Positions 25,576 to 38,738 of a stretch of 64,000 nucleotides of DNA are shown here, one piece after another (within the stretch, counting starts at the first letter, position 1; each line of letters opens with the position of its first letter). The notes below the pieces were generated by a model. It did no database searches. It was not told the origin of the DNA and saw only the letters and a program-made list of their open reading frames with translations. Where the stretch lies: NCBI RefSeq assembly GCF_006345805.1, contig NC_042998.1:15686001-15750000 (forward strand), written 5' to 3'. The DNA is from Octopus sinensis (lineage: Eukaryota). Position numbers and translations under genes: made by a program.

Positions 25576-26337
25576 TGTGTCAAGCACGATGAAAACGTTT
25601 TAAAAACTTTGTATAGGCCTCTGAGAAGGTATCGCCAAGCTTTTGGCAAAATTTGATGTAGATTCTCTTCTCAGCTTTCTCTGCCATTGTCAATTTGACG
25701 ATCACACACTATACACCTTCCGTCCAAGCACTACACTAGACACTGGAAATGAGCTGCAACGTTAAAATTTAGTTCACATCCAGGGATCAAGGTCAATCTA
25801 TGCCAAACGGTTCCACCCTCTGTGCTTTGGGTTCTTTACTATAGCAACATACCGGATACTTATTGATCAGATCAGGTATCTGTTAAAATGAGAGGACTGT
25901 TATTTTCATTTTTGCGTAATTTAGCGGACAATATGTTCGTCGCACGCTGTTCTGTGTCAGAGCTGGTGTTGAAAAGAATCCTACCTGATTGTTGTGTCGA
26001 CAGCCATCTCGTACACGCAAACACACACTCACACACACACACATACACACACATACAGACACACACACAGAAGCTTACATACGCGCACACAGGCACATAC
26101 ACGCGCACACAGAAACATACACATGAGTACCTAAGCCGAAACCACGCTGATTATAATGGACATCTCAATTGACGATCGTTTGTTGTGCCGTGTTATGAAA
26201 GAAAGCTTAAATTAGTCTGGCATCGGTAGACCGAATACTTTCACAAATGCGTGTGTTCTTGTGTGTGTTGATATATGCATTCTTATCGATATTTCCATAT
26301 CTATACCTACCTATTTATACATATAATACGCACGCAA

Positions 26338-26406
<69 letters not shown>

Positions 26407-26416
26407 TGTCTGTCTG

Positions 26417-26449
<33 letters not shown>

Positions 26450-27254
26450 GTGCCTGTGTTTCTGTGTGCTCGTTTGAATGTATCTTACTGGGAAAATTGA
26501 TTTTAAAGTCTGAGCACATCAATGTATTAAAAATGAATAACAGTCGTGTGAACCCCGGTGACTCACGGCAGTTGTAATATTCTGTAATGCTGTGAGTTGC
26601 TATTGAAAACGTCGCATGCATCAAAACGGTCTTTCTCACAATTTATCAGAATGAATTTATATATATGCAAGCTAGTAGTTAACGCTTCTTGTTAAGTCAT
26701 GCAGTTACCAAAATATGGAAATATTTTTCTCTCCGAAAGTGAAATAGTATTAAAAATGCATACCTTGTCGTGCGGATGTCACTACAGGAATCATATCCAC
26801 TGATTGCATAAAATCTCAAATCATCCATTTAAAAGTCGGCAAACACAACGGCCATATCCGCCATGTCCATCTTTAAAAAGAAAAGCCTTGACACTAAATA
26901 TTTTGCGATATCGGGCGAGGATGTTGCTGTAGAACATTATTGCTTAGAGTGAAATAAATTCAGAATCAATGCGGGATTCATCTCTTAGCTGAAATATTAT
27001 CGTCGAATTATATACTCTTCTCTTTAGAAGTATGTTATTTTGGATAATAACAGCTCAAGAATCTATGCACGAAAGGAATGAGAAGATATTCAAATCTGGA
27101 ATATTTTTGACCACTGATCTGTGTAATCAGTTCTAACGTATGTGTAAACTTGAATGATAATGACTAAATCGAATTAGTCATATTTCTGTCCAAAGAAGGA
27201 AACAAAAAACAAGAATATTATTTCCCTGACCATTTTAAATTAAACATGTTTGTG

Positions 27255-27667
27255 TACTCTGTACTTGTTTCAGAAATTTGCCTACTGCCATGTTGGAGCA
27301 CTTCCTTTAGTCGAGCAAATCGACCCCAAGATTTATTCTCTGGAAGCTTAGTACTTATTCTATCGGATAATTTTTGCCGAACCGCTAAGTTACGGTGACG
27401 TAAACACACGATCATCGGTTGTAAAGCGATGTTGGGAGAGGGGGGACAAACACAGACATACAGACACACAAACATATATATATATATACACATATACATA
27501 TATACGACGGGCTTCTTTCAGTTTCTGTCTAACAAATCCGCTCACAAGGTTTTGGTCGGCCCGAGGCTATAGTAGAAGACACTTGCCCAAGTTGCCACGC
27601 AGTGGGACTGAACCCTGAACCCTGTGGTTCGTAAGCAAGCTACTTACCACACAGCTACTCCTACGCT
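27255..27667 (-). mobile_element. SINE family A, full length
   Basis: Reverse-complement match to 11318-11772 including the tRNA-like head. Confidence 0.9.
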
Positions 27668-28436
27668 ATGGCTGTCATATTTGGTAATGTTGTCGGAATT
27701 TCAAACCAAATGCGCTCCTATCCGCAATATGTATATAGTTACACGAGATATCCTTCAATTTTTGATGCTCCGTATTCCTTACATGTAAACCAGAATGTGT
27801 ATAGATAGAGAAATCCAGAAAATGAATCCATGACTACCAAGTAGATTAGAGTACTTAGCGCTTAATCAGCGACTGTATTTAGTGTCCTATTGTTCCGTAG
27901 GTGAGTTAGGTAATGGAAATTAGGAGCTCATATCATAATACGTTAAGAGCCGTCGGCTTAATATTCTTTGTTAATTAAGAACTTCTACAGATTGTTCAAT
28001 TTATTGTTCATTTCTGTGATACGCTTAAATCGGAGGTTCTAAAAGCCCAGCATGTGCAGTGAATCTATTAGTCGTCTAATCATGCAGTGTTTGAAGCACT
28101 TAATTTCCTAGATAACAATACGAATAGGGATTGGTTGCGCAAATAACGAGTTAAGTACTGTAGTTTATCTCTGTGTGTGATTTGATATCGTGAACAGTCA
28201 AAATATATACTCTAGTTCAAGTGAAACGAACAAGTATTCTCTTAAGAAGGGCAACGACTGTTATGAGATTTCCCTTGGCATGGGTAATTTTATGAGAAAA
28301 TATATACTCCCGTACATTTAATAAACGTATCGGTCTTAATATTTAGCAAGTTACTGAATTTCACAACCATACCAACAAGGCTGGAATGTTCCATAATGAG
28401 TAAATCAACTGGGATAAGAATCGTACAATGAATGTG

Positions 28437-28743
28437 ATCACGTCACGTGACCGACCAGACCATCAGATGTTGCTACACATCGCTGGTCACAATGCGTTCG
28501 CATTGTTTTAGCCTTCGAATGACGCCACCCCGCTGGCTAAGCGAGCTGGCCAACAGAAGAAAGAGTGAGAGAAAGAGTGGTGAAAGAGTACAGCAGGGGT
28601 CACCACCCCCTGCCGGAGCTTCGTCGTGGAGCTTTTAGGTGTTTTCGGTCAATAAACACTCACAACACCCGGTCTGGGAATCGAAACCGCGATCCTACGA
28701 CCGCGAGTCCGCTGCCCTAACCACTAGGCCATTGCCCCTCCAC
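28437..28743 (-). mobile_element. tRNA-derived SINE, head D + tail T2
   Basis: Minus-strand head gtggaggggcaaTGGCCTAGTGGttagggcagcggactcgcggtcgtaggatcgcGGTTTCGATTCC. Body is shared with 43077-43382 and tail with 4060-4172. Confidence 0.85.
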
Positions 28744-28864
28744 ACAATGAATGTGTTGGCGTATTATGATATAATTGATCTCAGAACATTTTGACAATAT
28801 CATCAAAGTATCATGTTTGTAACACGGGTTATGCAGAGATATGTACACAGGCCGTGCTTAAGAA

Positions 28865-29263
28865 AACGCGTCAAGTCAAGCGAAATTGCAGTCGTGGTTG
28901 ATGTCAGTGTCATGTAATTGGTACCAGTGCCGGTGACACGTAAAACGAACCGTTCGAACGGTGGCAATGACGAGTTACCAATACCTTTCGTGATACATCA
29001 TGCTTTCGAAGACCTGTCTAGCCAAGTGAGATCGTAGCCGTAGCGGATGTCGGTGTTACGTAACTGATACCTGTGCCAGTGTGACACGTAAAAGGCACCC
29101 ACTACACGCTTGGTTTGGTTGTCGTTAGGAGGGGGAATCCAGCCACAGAAACCATGCCAAATCAGATTGGAACCTATTGCAGCTCCTCAGCTTACAAGTT
29201 TTCTGTCAAACCATCCAACCTATGGCAGAATAGAAAGCGGACGTTAAATGACGATGATGATGA
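28865..29263 (+). mobile_element. SINE-like/retroposon 3' portion with internal duplicated unit and (GAT)n tail
   Basis: About 70-bp unit at 28877-28945 and 29023-29092, each ending gacacgtaaaa. Ends in gaaagcggacgttaaa followed by (GAT)n/(GAG)n. Confidence 0.6.
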
Positions 29264-29427
29264 TGAGGAGGAGGAGGAGGACGTGGACGAGGACGAGGAG
29301 GAGGAGGAGGACGTGGACGAGGACGAGGAGGAGGAGGATATGCACACATATGAGTGTGCGTGCGTATGCATTATAACTTTCTAAAGAAAATGATAAGACA
29401 CATACTACCAAACAATGTTATTATCAA

Positions 29428-29815
29428 CTAGCAGTATCGCCCGGCGTTGCTCGGGTTTGTAAGGGAAATAACTATATAAGCATTTTTTGAGAGTTATAGC
29501 CAAAAAATGCATTAAAAATGGAAAAAAAATTATGGTAATTTTTTTTAAAAATCATTGACTCATCGTAGACATATTTAGAGAGTTACGTCCCTTATATAAT
29601 AGCGAAAAAAATGCATTAAAATGGAAAAAATGATGGTAATTTTTTTTTTTTAATCGTAGACTCATCGTAGATGCGCGCTAATACCCAGAAGGGCTTGATA
29701 TGAATCACGACTATAAGATACCCGGTTTTGGTTAAACAGCACCGCAAAATGTGGGAGTAGTTAGGAATCTAAATCGTAGGAGACAGACACACACCTTCAC
29801 TTTTATATATATATA
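29428..29815 (-). mobile_element. Non-autonomous Helitron, subfamily without captured segment
   Basis: CTAG|T 3' end with the subterminal hairpin CCCGAGCAACGCCGGG. Homologous to 38350, 42437 and 59946. Confidence 0.8.
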
Positions 29816-30569
29816 TAATACAAATCAATGGATTTTTACTTTTACTATATACTTGAATATTTCGAGTTTACGGCGTCTTGTTCTGGAAATATCTGGAGAA
29901 ATAATTTTGTCGGCTCATATATTTAGTTTCCTAAGTAAATATATCTAAAGTGCAAGTGACCATATTGCTGTATGAAAGATATTTAGAATTCGTTGAATTA
30001 TGTTGACGATAAAATGTAAATTAATTAAAATATTCCTGACGGAAGGAGGGATAAGAAAACATAATTGCATAGAGAATCGTCATAACGACAAGGCATTTAG
30101 AAAGGAAGCTCAATGGAGAATTAACTCTTGAGGTGATATTGAAAATGTGAATTTTGTTTTGGTAAATCTGGAAAGCAATGGGAATTGATTCCAGACTCGA
30201 CTTACCTCCGGCAGCATAATATGTTCGTACATGGTGATGCAAAAATAGATAAAAAAGCATTCTATTTCTGGATAAACTTAATGAATAAAACAAAATAAAA
30301 TAACTCAAAATAATCACTAAACTGTATAACTTTTAGTTTAATGGCCTGAAAAGGAGCTATGTACTGAATAATTTATACAAAAAATTGGTTTATTACACTT
30401 CTGGTCAGATTTTTAGTGTAACCTCTTCGTATTAATTCACCCTGCAATTTGTCCAACACACAGACACCCACCTCCCATACACACACAAACACACAGATAC
30501 AGACTCAGACACACAAACGCACAAGGATCTTGAAAAACTCGAAGTAGCATAAGTAATATATATATATGC

Positions 30570-30606
<37 letters not shown>

Positions 30607-30694
30607 GACATACACAAACATTTGTAAACCGCAATGAAAAGCACCGAATATTGAGCTGTAATCTGAGATTATTAAGTGTGTGTATGTGTGTGTC

Positions 30695-30748
<54 letters not shown>

Positions 30749-31203
30749 TCTGAGTGTATGTTTAGGGATGTTCCCAGAGTTTTCTGAATATAGATAGAAA
30801 GAAAACTGAGAGAAAATGCTCGACGGATTTTCAATAATTAGACACAGGGTCGCAGCAATCCAATAAATACGAGTAGTAATCGTACTGTACGAATACAACA
30901 TACTTATACTGTGTTCGGTATATTGTTATGCAAGAATAAAAGTACGTCTTTTTTCCCCCCGTAAAACTAATGCCGCAAAACTCATGTAAAATTCCTGTGT
31001 GTGAGATGTGACATCACCCATTGTGCGCATGGGTGAAAGCTTTCGACTGCTACGACCACTGTACAGACCTCTAGATTTCAACAAACGCATCGAGCAGAGC
31101 TATTGCATCCATTCAGACGATTTGGCTTGCATTTGGTGTTTATACTGTGGACAAATCTTAGACGAAGGAATGATATAAACGCACTTCAATAGAGAACTAA
31201 GCA

Positions 31204-31390
31204 CGCTCAGGCAGGCAATCGACAATCTGAAAGGAGGAGCCAATTGGGAAGGTTCAGTGAATAGTCATAGAAGACAGTCGTGTAACAATCCAGGAATTTT
31301 CTCACGAAGTAGGATATGTACAGGATCAGTGGATTCTATATTAACAGAGGATTTTTGTATGCGGGGTGTCGGCGATATTTTGACCCGGGG
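31204..31390 (+). pseudogene. Mariner transposase relic (second HTH region)
   Basis: RSGRQST...IVIEDSRVTIQEFSHEVG/GSVDSILTEDFCMRGV matches mariner RSGRP...DRRxTxxE.A..VG...GSV..ILTEDL.MRRV. Confidence 0.6.
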
Positions 31391-31454
31391 TGATTGTCGT
31401 TATTTTATGGCATATTTCGGCCTATGCCAACTCATTCCAAAGCCAATGAGATAC

Positions 31455-31470
31455 ATCCTCCTCCTCCTCA

Positions 31471-31560
<90 letters not shown>

Positions 31561-31828
31561 TGTTGCTGCTGCTACTACTACTACTACTACTATTACTCCC
31601 CCTACTCCTCCTCCACCACCACCACCGCCACCACCTCCTCCTCCTCCTCATCATCATAATCATCATTATCATCATCGTCATCCTCTTCCTCCTCATTATC
31701 ATCAACGTCTTCTTCTTTTTCTCCTTCGTCTTCTACCTCTTCTTCTACCTCGTTTTTTTCGTCGTCATCAGCTTCTCCTACATTTACTTCATCATCGTCG
31801 TCGTCTTCTTCTACTACTACTACTAATA

Positions 31829-31892
<64 letters not shown>
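31455..31892. repeat. Compound trinucleotide microsatellite (CCT/CTA/CTG/CCA/CAT/TCT/CGT)
   Basis: Directly visible. It explains the poly-L/T/A/P/S/E ORFs across 31257-32005. Confidence 0.95.
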
Positions 31893-31893
<1 letters not shown>

Positions 31894-32045
31894 TTTTTTT
31901 CTCTACCTCCTGCTCTTACCCCTTCTTTCCCTTGTCTTCCCCTTCGCCATCATCACTCTTCTGCTGTTTTTCTTTTTATCATTAAAACATTACTTATTTA
32001 ATTAAAGAGAATTCCCTTCATATATATCGTACTTTCGTTTCTATT

Positions 32046-32098
32046 CCTTGTGAGTGGATTTGGTAGACGGAAACTGAAAGAAGCCTGTCGTATATATG

Positions 32099-32157
<59 letters not shown>

Positions 32158-32364
32158 CTGTGTTTGTCCCACTAGAATTGCTTGACAACCGATGCAGGTG
32201 TGTCTAAGTCCCCGTCACTTAGCGGTTCGGCAAAAGAGCCCGAAAGAATAAGTACTGAGCTTACAAAGAATAAGTCCCGGGGTCGATTTGCTCGACTAAA
32301 GGCGGTGCTCCAGCATGGCCGCAGTCAAATGGCTGAAACAAGTAAAAGAAAGAATGAAAAGAAT
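32046..32364 (+). mobile_element. SINE family A, 5'-truncated
   Basis: Starts at ccttgtgagtggatttgg, has internal (TG)n, ends gactaaaggcggtgctccagcatggccgcagtcaaatggctgaaacaagtaaaaga. Confidence 0.9.
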
Positions 32365-33134
32365 TATGCTATCTCCAATCAGTTATACCAATCATTTACA
32401 TACTTCAGTAATTCAATCAGGAAATATGCCATTGATTATATACTTGACGCATAACTTAAACCCAAACTTATATATCCAGAATACAAGACCGTCTATCACC
32501 AGTCAAAACCCAGACTGGCCGGAAGACCCTTTCACTCTTTTGGTCGTAAAAATAAATTTAATACAATCCCTATATATTTTTGGTCCTTTTTCAAATAATT
32601 CTGTTACAAAAGGGAAATACATAATTTTCTGTGTGTCTGCATTTATGTTTGTGAGCATGGGTACATGCATGCATGCATATATACATACACACAAACATAT
32701 ATACATATCTATTTAGCACACACATAGACTTGTGTGATTGTGCGTCCTTGTTTTCGTGTGTAAATATGTTTTTGCATTTGCGTGTGTTTGTGTCTATCGT
32801 AGCATATGTTGTTCACAGCTTATAACTTATTTCTTTGCTCATCAAAATTTAACGCTCCCGTGCGTTCGTTCCGGCGACGAACGCAGGCAAGCGTTAAATT
32901 CGATGCAGCGAAGAATGAACAATCATCTTAGAAATAATACACACACACATATACACACATACACACACACACACACACACACGAATACACACACACAAAA
33001 GCATACACAAATAGACATATGTACGTACATTGACTTGTATGTGTATATATTTATGTGCGATATATACGTATACCATATGTATACACACTCGCAGACACAC
33101 ACACACATATATACATATATACATACATATATAC

Positions 33135-33207
<73 letters not shown>

Positions 33208-33342
33208 ACTCACCCAACAAGAACTCACTACTTGAACAAAACTTGACTTAAACAGGATTCGAATAATCCTATCAGGTGGTGCTATTAAGTTAGACATGGC
33301 CTGGACCAATCTCTGGTCGAAACATATCTAAGTTTTATCTAA

Positions 33343-33401
<59 letters not shown>

Positions 33402-34478
33402 TATATATTATATATATATATATATACATATGCATATACATACATACATACAGATATATAGTTTGATACATAGGTAGGTAGATAGATAGATAGAAAATAG
33501 ATAGATAGATGGATAGATAGATAGATAGATACATTTCTATGTACGTGTATATATATATGTGCATACATACACATCTATATATACAAATATATACACACAT
33601 ATGTTGGACCATATGTGTACGTGCCTGCCATCTTACATCATTCGGCTTTACAATATATTTTAAATTCCAAGTAATCTTGAGCTACAAATAGTTTAATCAA
33701 TATATCGCAGTTATGTAGTATCTCATCGTATAAACTTACATAGAATTGCATCCAAATCTGTTTGGAATTGAAATAAGTGATTAAATATATTAAACCATTA
33801 GGATACCGGAAATTTGTGTATTGATATATTTAAGAATGTAACGTAATAATATAAGGAGAAAAAGACGCTGGGAATCTAATCTAATCCGGCAGGAAATAAA
33901 TGCTTTATCAACCACATAACAGGGAATTAAAATAATAGTCTCCAGCCAAATAATTTTAAAGATGTGTATTGAATTATTCGCTTCAATACTTGTCATCGTC
34001 GTATGAACTTCAATTTGGATACAACCGGAATATAAATTATAGAGGCGGATATATATTTCTCCGGCAATTATATAACTGATTATGTTATAGAAATTTTTTT
34101 TTGTTGGGGCGTAATCTCGTGTATATGAAATTTGCAGCACAGCTGAAGGCGAGAATTTCATTTACATGCTCGTTGCCGTTTAATATATTAAAAAAAAAGT
34201 GTTTTTAGTCCTTCTGGCTATTTACATTTCAGAAGATAAAATGTGGATGCATATGAGAAAATAATCAAACATGGAAAACCTCGGCGCAGGGAAAAATGCA
34301 GCACAGAGGAAAAAAAAAAAAGTTTGAAGTTTATATTCATATACGCATATTGTATTCTATTAAACTGCCTCACACGCACACAGACAAAGACAAACACACA
34401 CACACACGCACACATAAACACGCTCACATATATTCAGCTACACACATGTACATATAGTTACACGCACATATATATACG

Positions 34479-34511
<33 letters not shown>

Positions 34512-34520
34512 GTATGTGTA

Positions 34521-34580
<60 letters not shown>

Positions 34581-34581
34581 G

Positions 34582-34636
<55 letters not shown>

Positions 34637-36381
34637 TACAGGAGAGACACGTTTCTAATAAATTATTTCGGGTGGATATGAACTTTGCACACATATGAAC
34701 ACGTATTCTCAAATGCAGCGAAACAAAGCAGGTTACTGAGAAGTTATGTATTCATAGATGCATAAATACATGCACATATATGTATATGCTTGCGTGTATG
34801 TGCGAGGAAGAGAGAATTCGTTGTGTGTGTGTGTGTGTGTAATTCTAGTAGTAAAGAAATAAATCACTCTTTGGCACTCACAATTAAAATAATTAAGACG
34901 TAGGAACACGCTGAGAACAATACTGTATATTGCATAAATTTAATTAAGAATTATATTTTCCAGAAATTTACAAGTGATTCATTCAATGGGAGCACATCAA
35001 GCAAATAACCTATTTGTTTTATTTGATACAATTTATAATATAATACATGAAGGTTATTTCGAAATATATTCATCAGAATATAGCTGTTACAGAGTTTGTT
35101 TGTTTTTTTATATATATATAATTACAATAAATTTGGAAGACGCATGTCATGCATAGATAATGCGGTATGAAAAATCGAAGGGCGGGGAATAGTTAAAGCG
35201 TTAGGTGAATAATTAATTTGGGTAAGAAAAGAATTTTTGAGTAAAAATTAATGGAGGAAAAGATGCGGATAGTGTGCAAAATATTAAATGCCTGAAAACA
35301 TGAGTCAAAATACGTTGAAATAAATTTTCATATAAAGAAATTGGAAGGTAAAAGATTAAGTTTTAACCAATCAAAAATAATAGTAAGCAATGTTACGTAA
35401 AATTATTTTCTCAGCCTGTGGCTCTGAAGCAAGCGTTAAATAGATAACATACTTCTTATCGTAGTGATAAATTTCTAGGCTTGTAGAAAGCATATGATTT
35501 GAAGCCCTGCTATTACGCGTAGAAATTCTAAAGTTATGTTTGTATAGGAAGTTGCCTTTAGCAAATCGGATATTTAAGCTCCTCCACAAATTTCAAATTC
35601 GCTTTTCTTCCCACTAGAACTTATCTCTGGTACCATTTCCTATATGAGTATGTCGAGTCTTTCTCTCTTAACTTATAATTGAATAATGTGAGTAACATGC
35701 CGCACGTTGCATTTTGGAATAGGAAACCTCGTTGGTTGAAGCAAAAAGAAAATGAATAATAATATAGAAAGAAATAAAGAAAACAACGTAGAAATACAAT
35801 ACATCAGAAAGCCTAAATGCTACATCCAGAAATTCTGATGGTTACTACAAATAATGACACAAAATCCGTATCCTTTGAATAATTGATGTATTTTGTTGTA
35901 TTCTGTTAGTCGCATGCGGCTTACAGTTATTCAGCAACAGCTACTACGTTATATTGTTCCTTTTAAGTGCAGGCATTTAGATATATGTTTGTGATGTAAT
36001 AAAGAACCGCCAATGCAATCTGGCGTTGGATACTAACCTGAATCAAGCAGATTCTGTGGAAAATTCTATCAATCAAATACCTCATTGCACTAAAAGCACA
36101 TATAAGTGATCGTGTGTGATGTTCAACCCTTTGACTTGGTCCTGCATGTGGGAAAGTTCATGACCGTACTGAGAAGATAGGGAAATATAGGAATGCAGTA
36201 CTTTTTAATATTGAAATGCAGAGATTTGTAATTTATATGAGGAAACGTTTATACTAGCAAATCATAACATGAGATTTTTCCATAGTGTAGTTTTTATGTT
36301 TCTCTTATTTTTTAAATACTATTTTACAATGGATCTCGCACGTAGTTTTCGCGAAAAAAGTATTTGAAGATTTGGTGAAAC

Positions 36382-37052
36382 TTACCATGTGTTTGTGGGC
36401 CACTGTCTTCGCCGCTTGACATCTTTATAGAGAAGCCATTTCTCGTCACCAGTCAATAATCGGTCCAAAAACGGTTCATTCCTGAGACGTGACAGCAAAG
36501 AAAAAAAACGTACTTTCATTCTCTGCGTGCGATTAGACTTGGAAAGTTTGGGAGGAATCCATTGACCCAACTTGCTGGCTTCTCTGATGGCACGCAGTAG
36601 TGGATGAATAGTTGAATGACCAAATCCAAGCTTCTCAACAGTAAAGATGGGCTCTTGTTCCACCAGATTTTGCAGGACGTCCTCGAAGAACTCTACAGAC
36701 CTTCCAGGACGAGGCTCTAGGCTGTAGTTTCCGGCTCGGAATTTCTGGAACCACCGTTGACATTGGCTTACGCCTACTATCCGATCCCCATATACTGCAT
36801 TAATATTCCTCGCACTATCCGATGCGTTGTGGTCTTTATTAAACTCATAATGCAAAATATGCCGAATATGCTCCTTTGCAACAAAAAAAAAGAGGTTAAA
36901 GTCGAACAACACTCTTCAAAATTACACTAAGAATAAGGACGAGGTAAAATTACTACCCGCTTTTATATCAAATTGATGCAAGTTGCATATCTTCACCCCC
37001 TACGACTTCAGTTCATGCAATTAAACCGCATTATTTATGGGATGACCTAATA
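36382..37052 (-). mobile_element. Mariner DNA transposon, 5' half with ITR and truncated transposase ORF (36382-36912)
   Basis: HIRHILHYEF...NINAVYG...QCQRWFQKFRAGNYSLE..RPGR, WIPPKL (WVPHEL-like), FLDRLLTGDEKW (first catalytic D). ITR-like TA|TTAGGTCATCCCATAAATAATGCGG at 37023-37052. Confidence 0.9.
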
Positions 37053-37074
37053 TACACACACACACACACACACA

Positions 37075-37104
<30 letters not shown>

Positions 37105-37105
<1 letters not shown>

Positions 37106-37292
37106 ATCCAAGCATGAACAAAGAGAAATCACAACAACGCGAGTAACAAGTATAGTGTTATTACAAGCTCAGGAAAGGAAAGAAAGGGGATTTAATATTT
37201 CGAGCGGAGCTCTTCGTCAGATACATAAAAAAAGGAAAGGTTCAAGGAAGGGAAGACGGAAAAAGAAAATCGCCAACGATATAAACGCGGTC

Positions 37293-37293
<1 letters not shown>
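37105..37293 (-). mobile_element. Hammerhead-bearing family E copy (diverged)
   Basis: Homologous to 3685-3876. The 3' end abuts (TA)n. Confidence 0.7.
37190..37224 (-). ncRNA. Minimal hammerhead-like motif, canonical core CUGACGA
   Basis: Minus strand reads GUAU-CUGACGA-A-GAGC-UCC-GCUC-GAAA-UAUU-AAAU. Stem III palindrome is AUAU and stem I is weakened. Confidence 0.5.
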
Positions 37294-37332
<39 letters not shown>

Positions 37333-37373
37333 TGTGTAATCAATATACATATATAAATATAGGAAGCTTTAAT

Positions 37374-37603
37374 AATATTTCTTTATTGCCCACAAGAGGC
37401 TAAACATAGAGGGGACAAACAAGGACAAACAAAGGGATGAAGTCGATTGCATCAACCCCAGTGCAAAACTGGTACTTTCTTTATCGACCCCGAAAGGATG
37501 AAAGGCAAAGTCGACCCCGTTGGCATTTGAACTCAGAACGTGTAGACAAACGAAATACCCCTAAGCATTTCGTCCAGCGTGCTGACGATTCCGCCAGCTC
37601 GCC
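37374..37603 (-). mobile_element. SINE family B, full length
   Basis: Reverse-complement match to 3235-3467. Confidence 0.9.
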
Positions 37604-38349
37604 AGGCTTAATATATAATCTAGCTTAAATAAATAATCATCAAACATTGCCTTGAATGATCACTCCATATTTTCATTTGAGTGATATATACATGATATAG
37701 CTGCAGCTACATACCTACAAGTTTCAGCAAGGGTGCCCGAGAATATACACACACGTACAAACAAATATACTTCCGTATATGTATATACATTCATAAAGAC
37801 AGCGAATATAAGGCTGCTCTCATAAATGGTTATGAGCACAAGCATTATGGGTACAAGACAACCAGTTATAGGGCCATTTAGCTCGCTCAATAAAAGTATC
37901 TCAGTGTAACACTTACACAGGTTATTGAGACATAACCATTTGCTAAGTAATTAGGAAAGCGAAATATCCTCTAATGAGGTATTTTATCGCTAAAATCAAG
38001 CGTCGAGGGAGCTAAGTGATTTAAACTTTTGTTTTTAGGGTCAGTAGCACGGACATGAAACAAGTTTATTTTAATCTCTGAAAATGTTATTTTAGATACT
38101 GTCAAACTCAGGGAATTCTAAACGCTAATTGAAGATTGTGTGAAACGCTGTTTTCTCTTTTTCAGTATTTAGAATGCAGATCTGTGACAACATATTTTCG
38201 AATTATTTTTGCTTGTTTCTTTTTTATTCGCATTATAATTGCACGTGTCAAAACCATCGCTTCATGTATGGTGATTCCATGCATTTTAATCTGCAACTAT
38301 CAGACACAACGTGTCTCATTCATTTACAACTTATTCTAATTATATGTTA

Positions 38350-38738
38350 CTAGCAGTATCGCCAGGCGTTGCTCGGGTTTCTAAGGGAAATAACTATATA
38401 AGCATTTTTAGAGAGTTATAGCCAAAAAATAGCAAAAACATGCATTAAAAAAGGAAAAAAAACCGATGGTAATTTTTTTAAAAATCGTTGACTCATCGTA
38501 GACATTTTTAGAGAGTTACTTCCTTTATAAAATAGCGAAAAAATGCATTAAAATGGAAAAAAATGATGTTTTTTTTAAATCGTAGACTCATCGTAGACGC
38601 GCGCTAATACCCAGACGGGCTCGATATGAATCACGACTATAAGATACCCGGTTTTGGTTAAACTGCACCGCAAAATGTAGGAGTAGTTAGGAATCTAAAT
38701 CGTAGGAGACAGACACACAACTTCACTTTTATATATAA
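38350..38738 (-). mobile_element. Non-autonomous Helitron, subfamily without captured segment
   Basis: CTAG|T end with hairpin. Near-colinear with 29428-29815. Confidence 0.8.

Noticed and set aside
31257-32005. 189-aa and 203-aa ORFs with poly-L, poly-T/A/P/H
   Set aside because: They span a compound trinucleotide microsatellite, and the 5' part is an out-of-context mariner relic.
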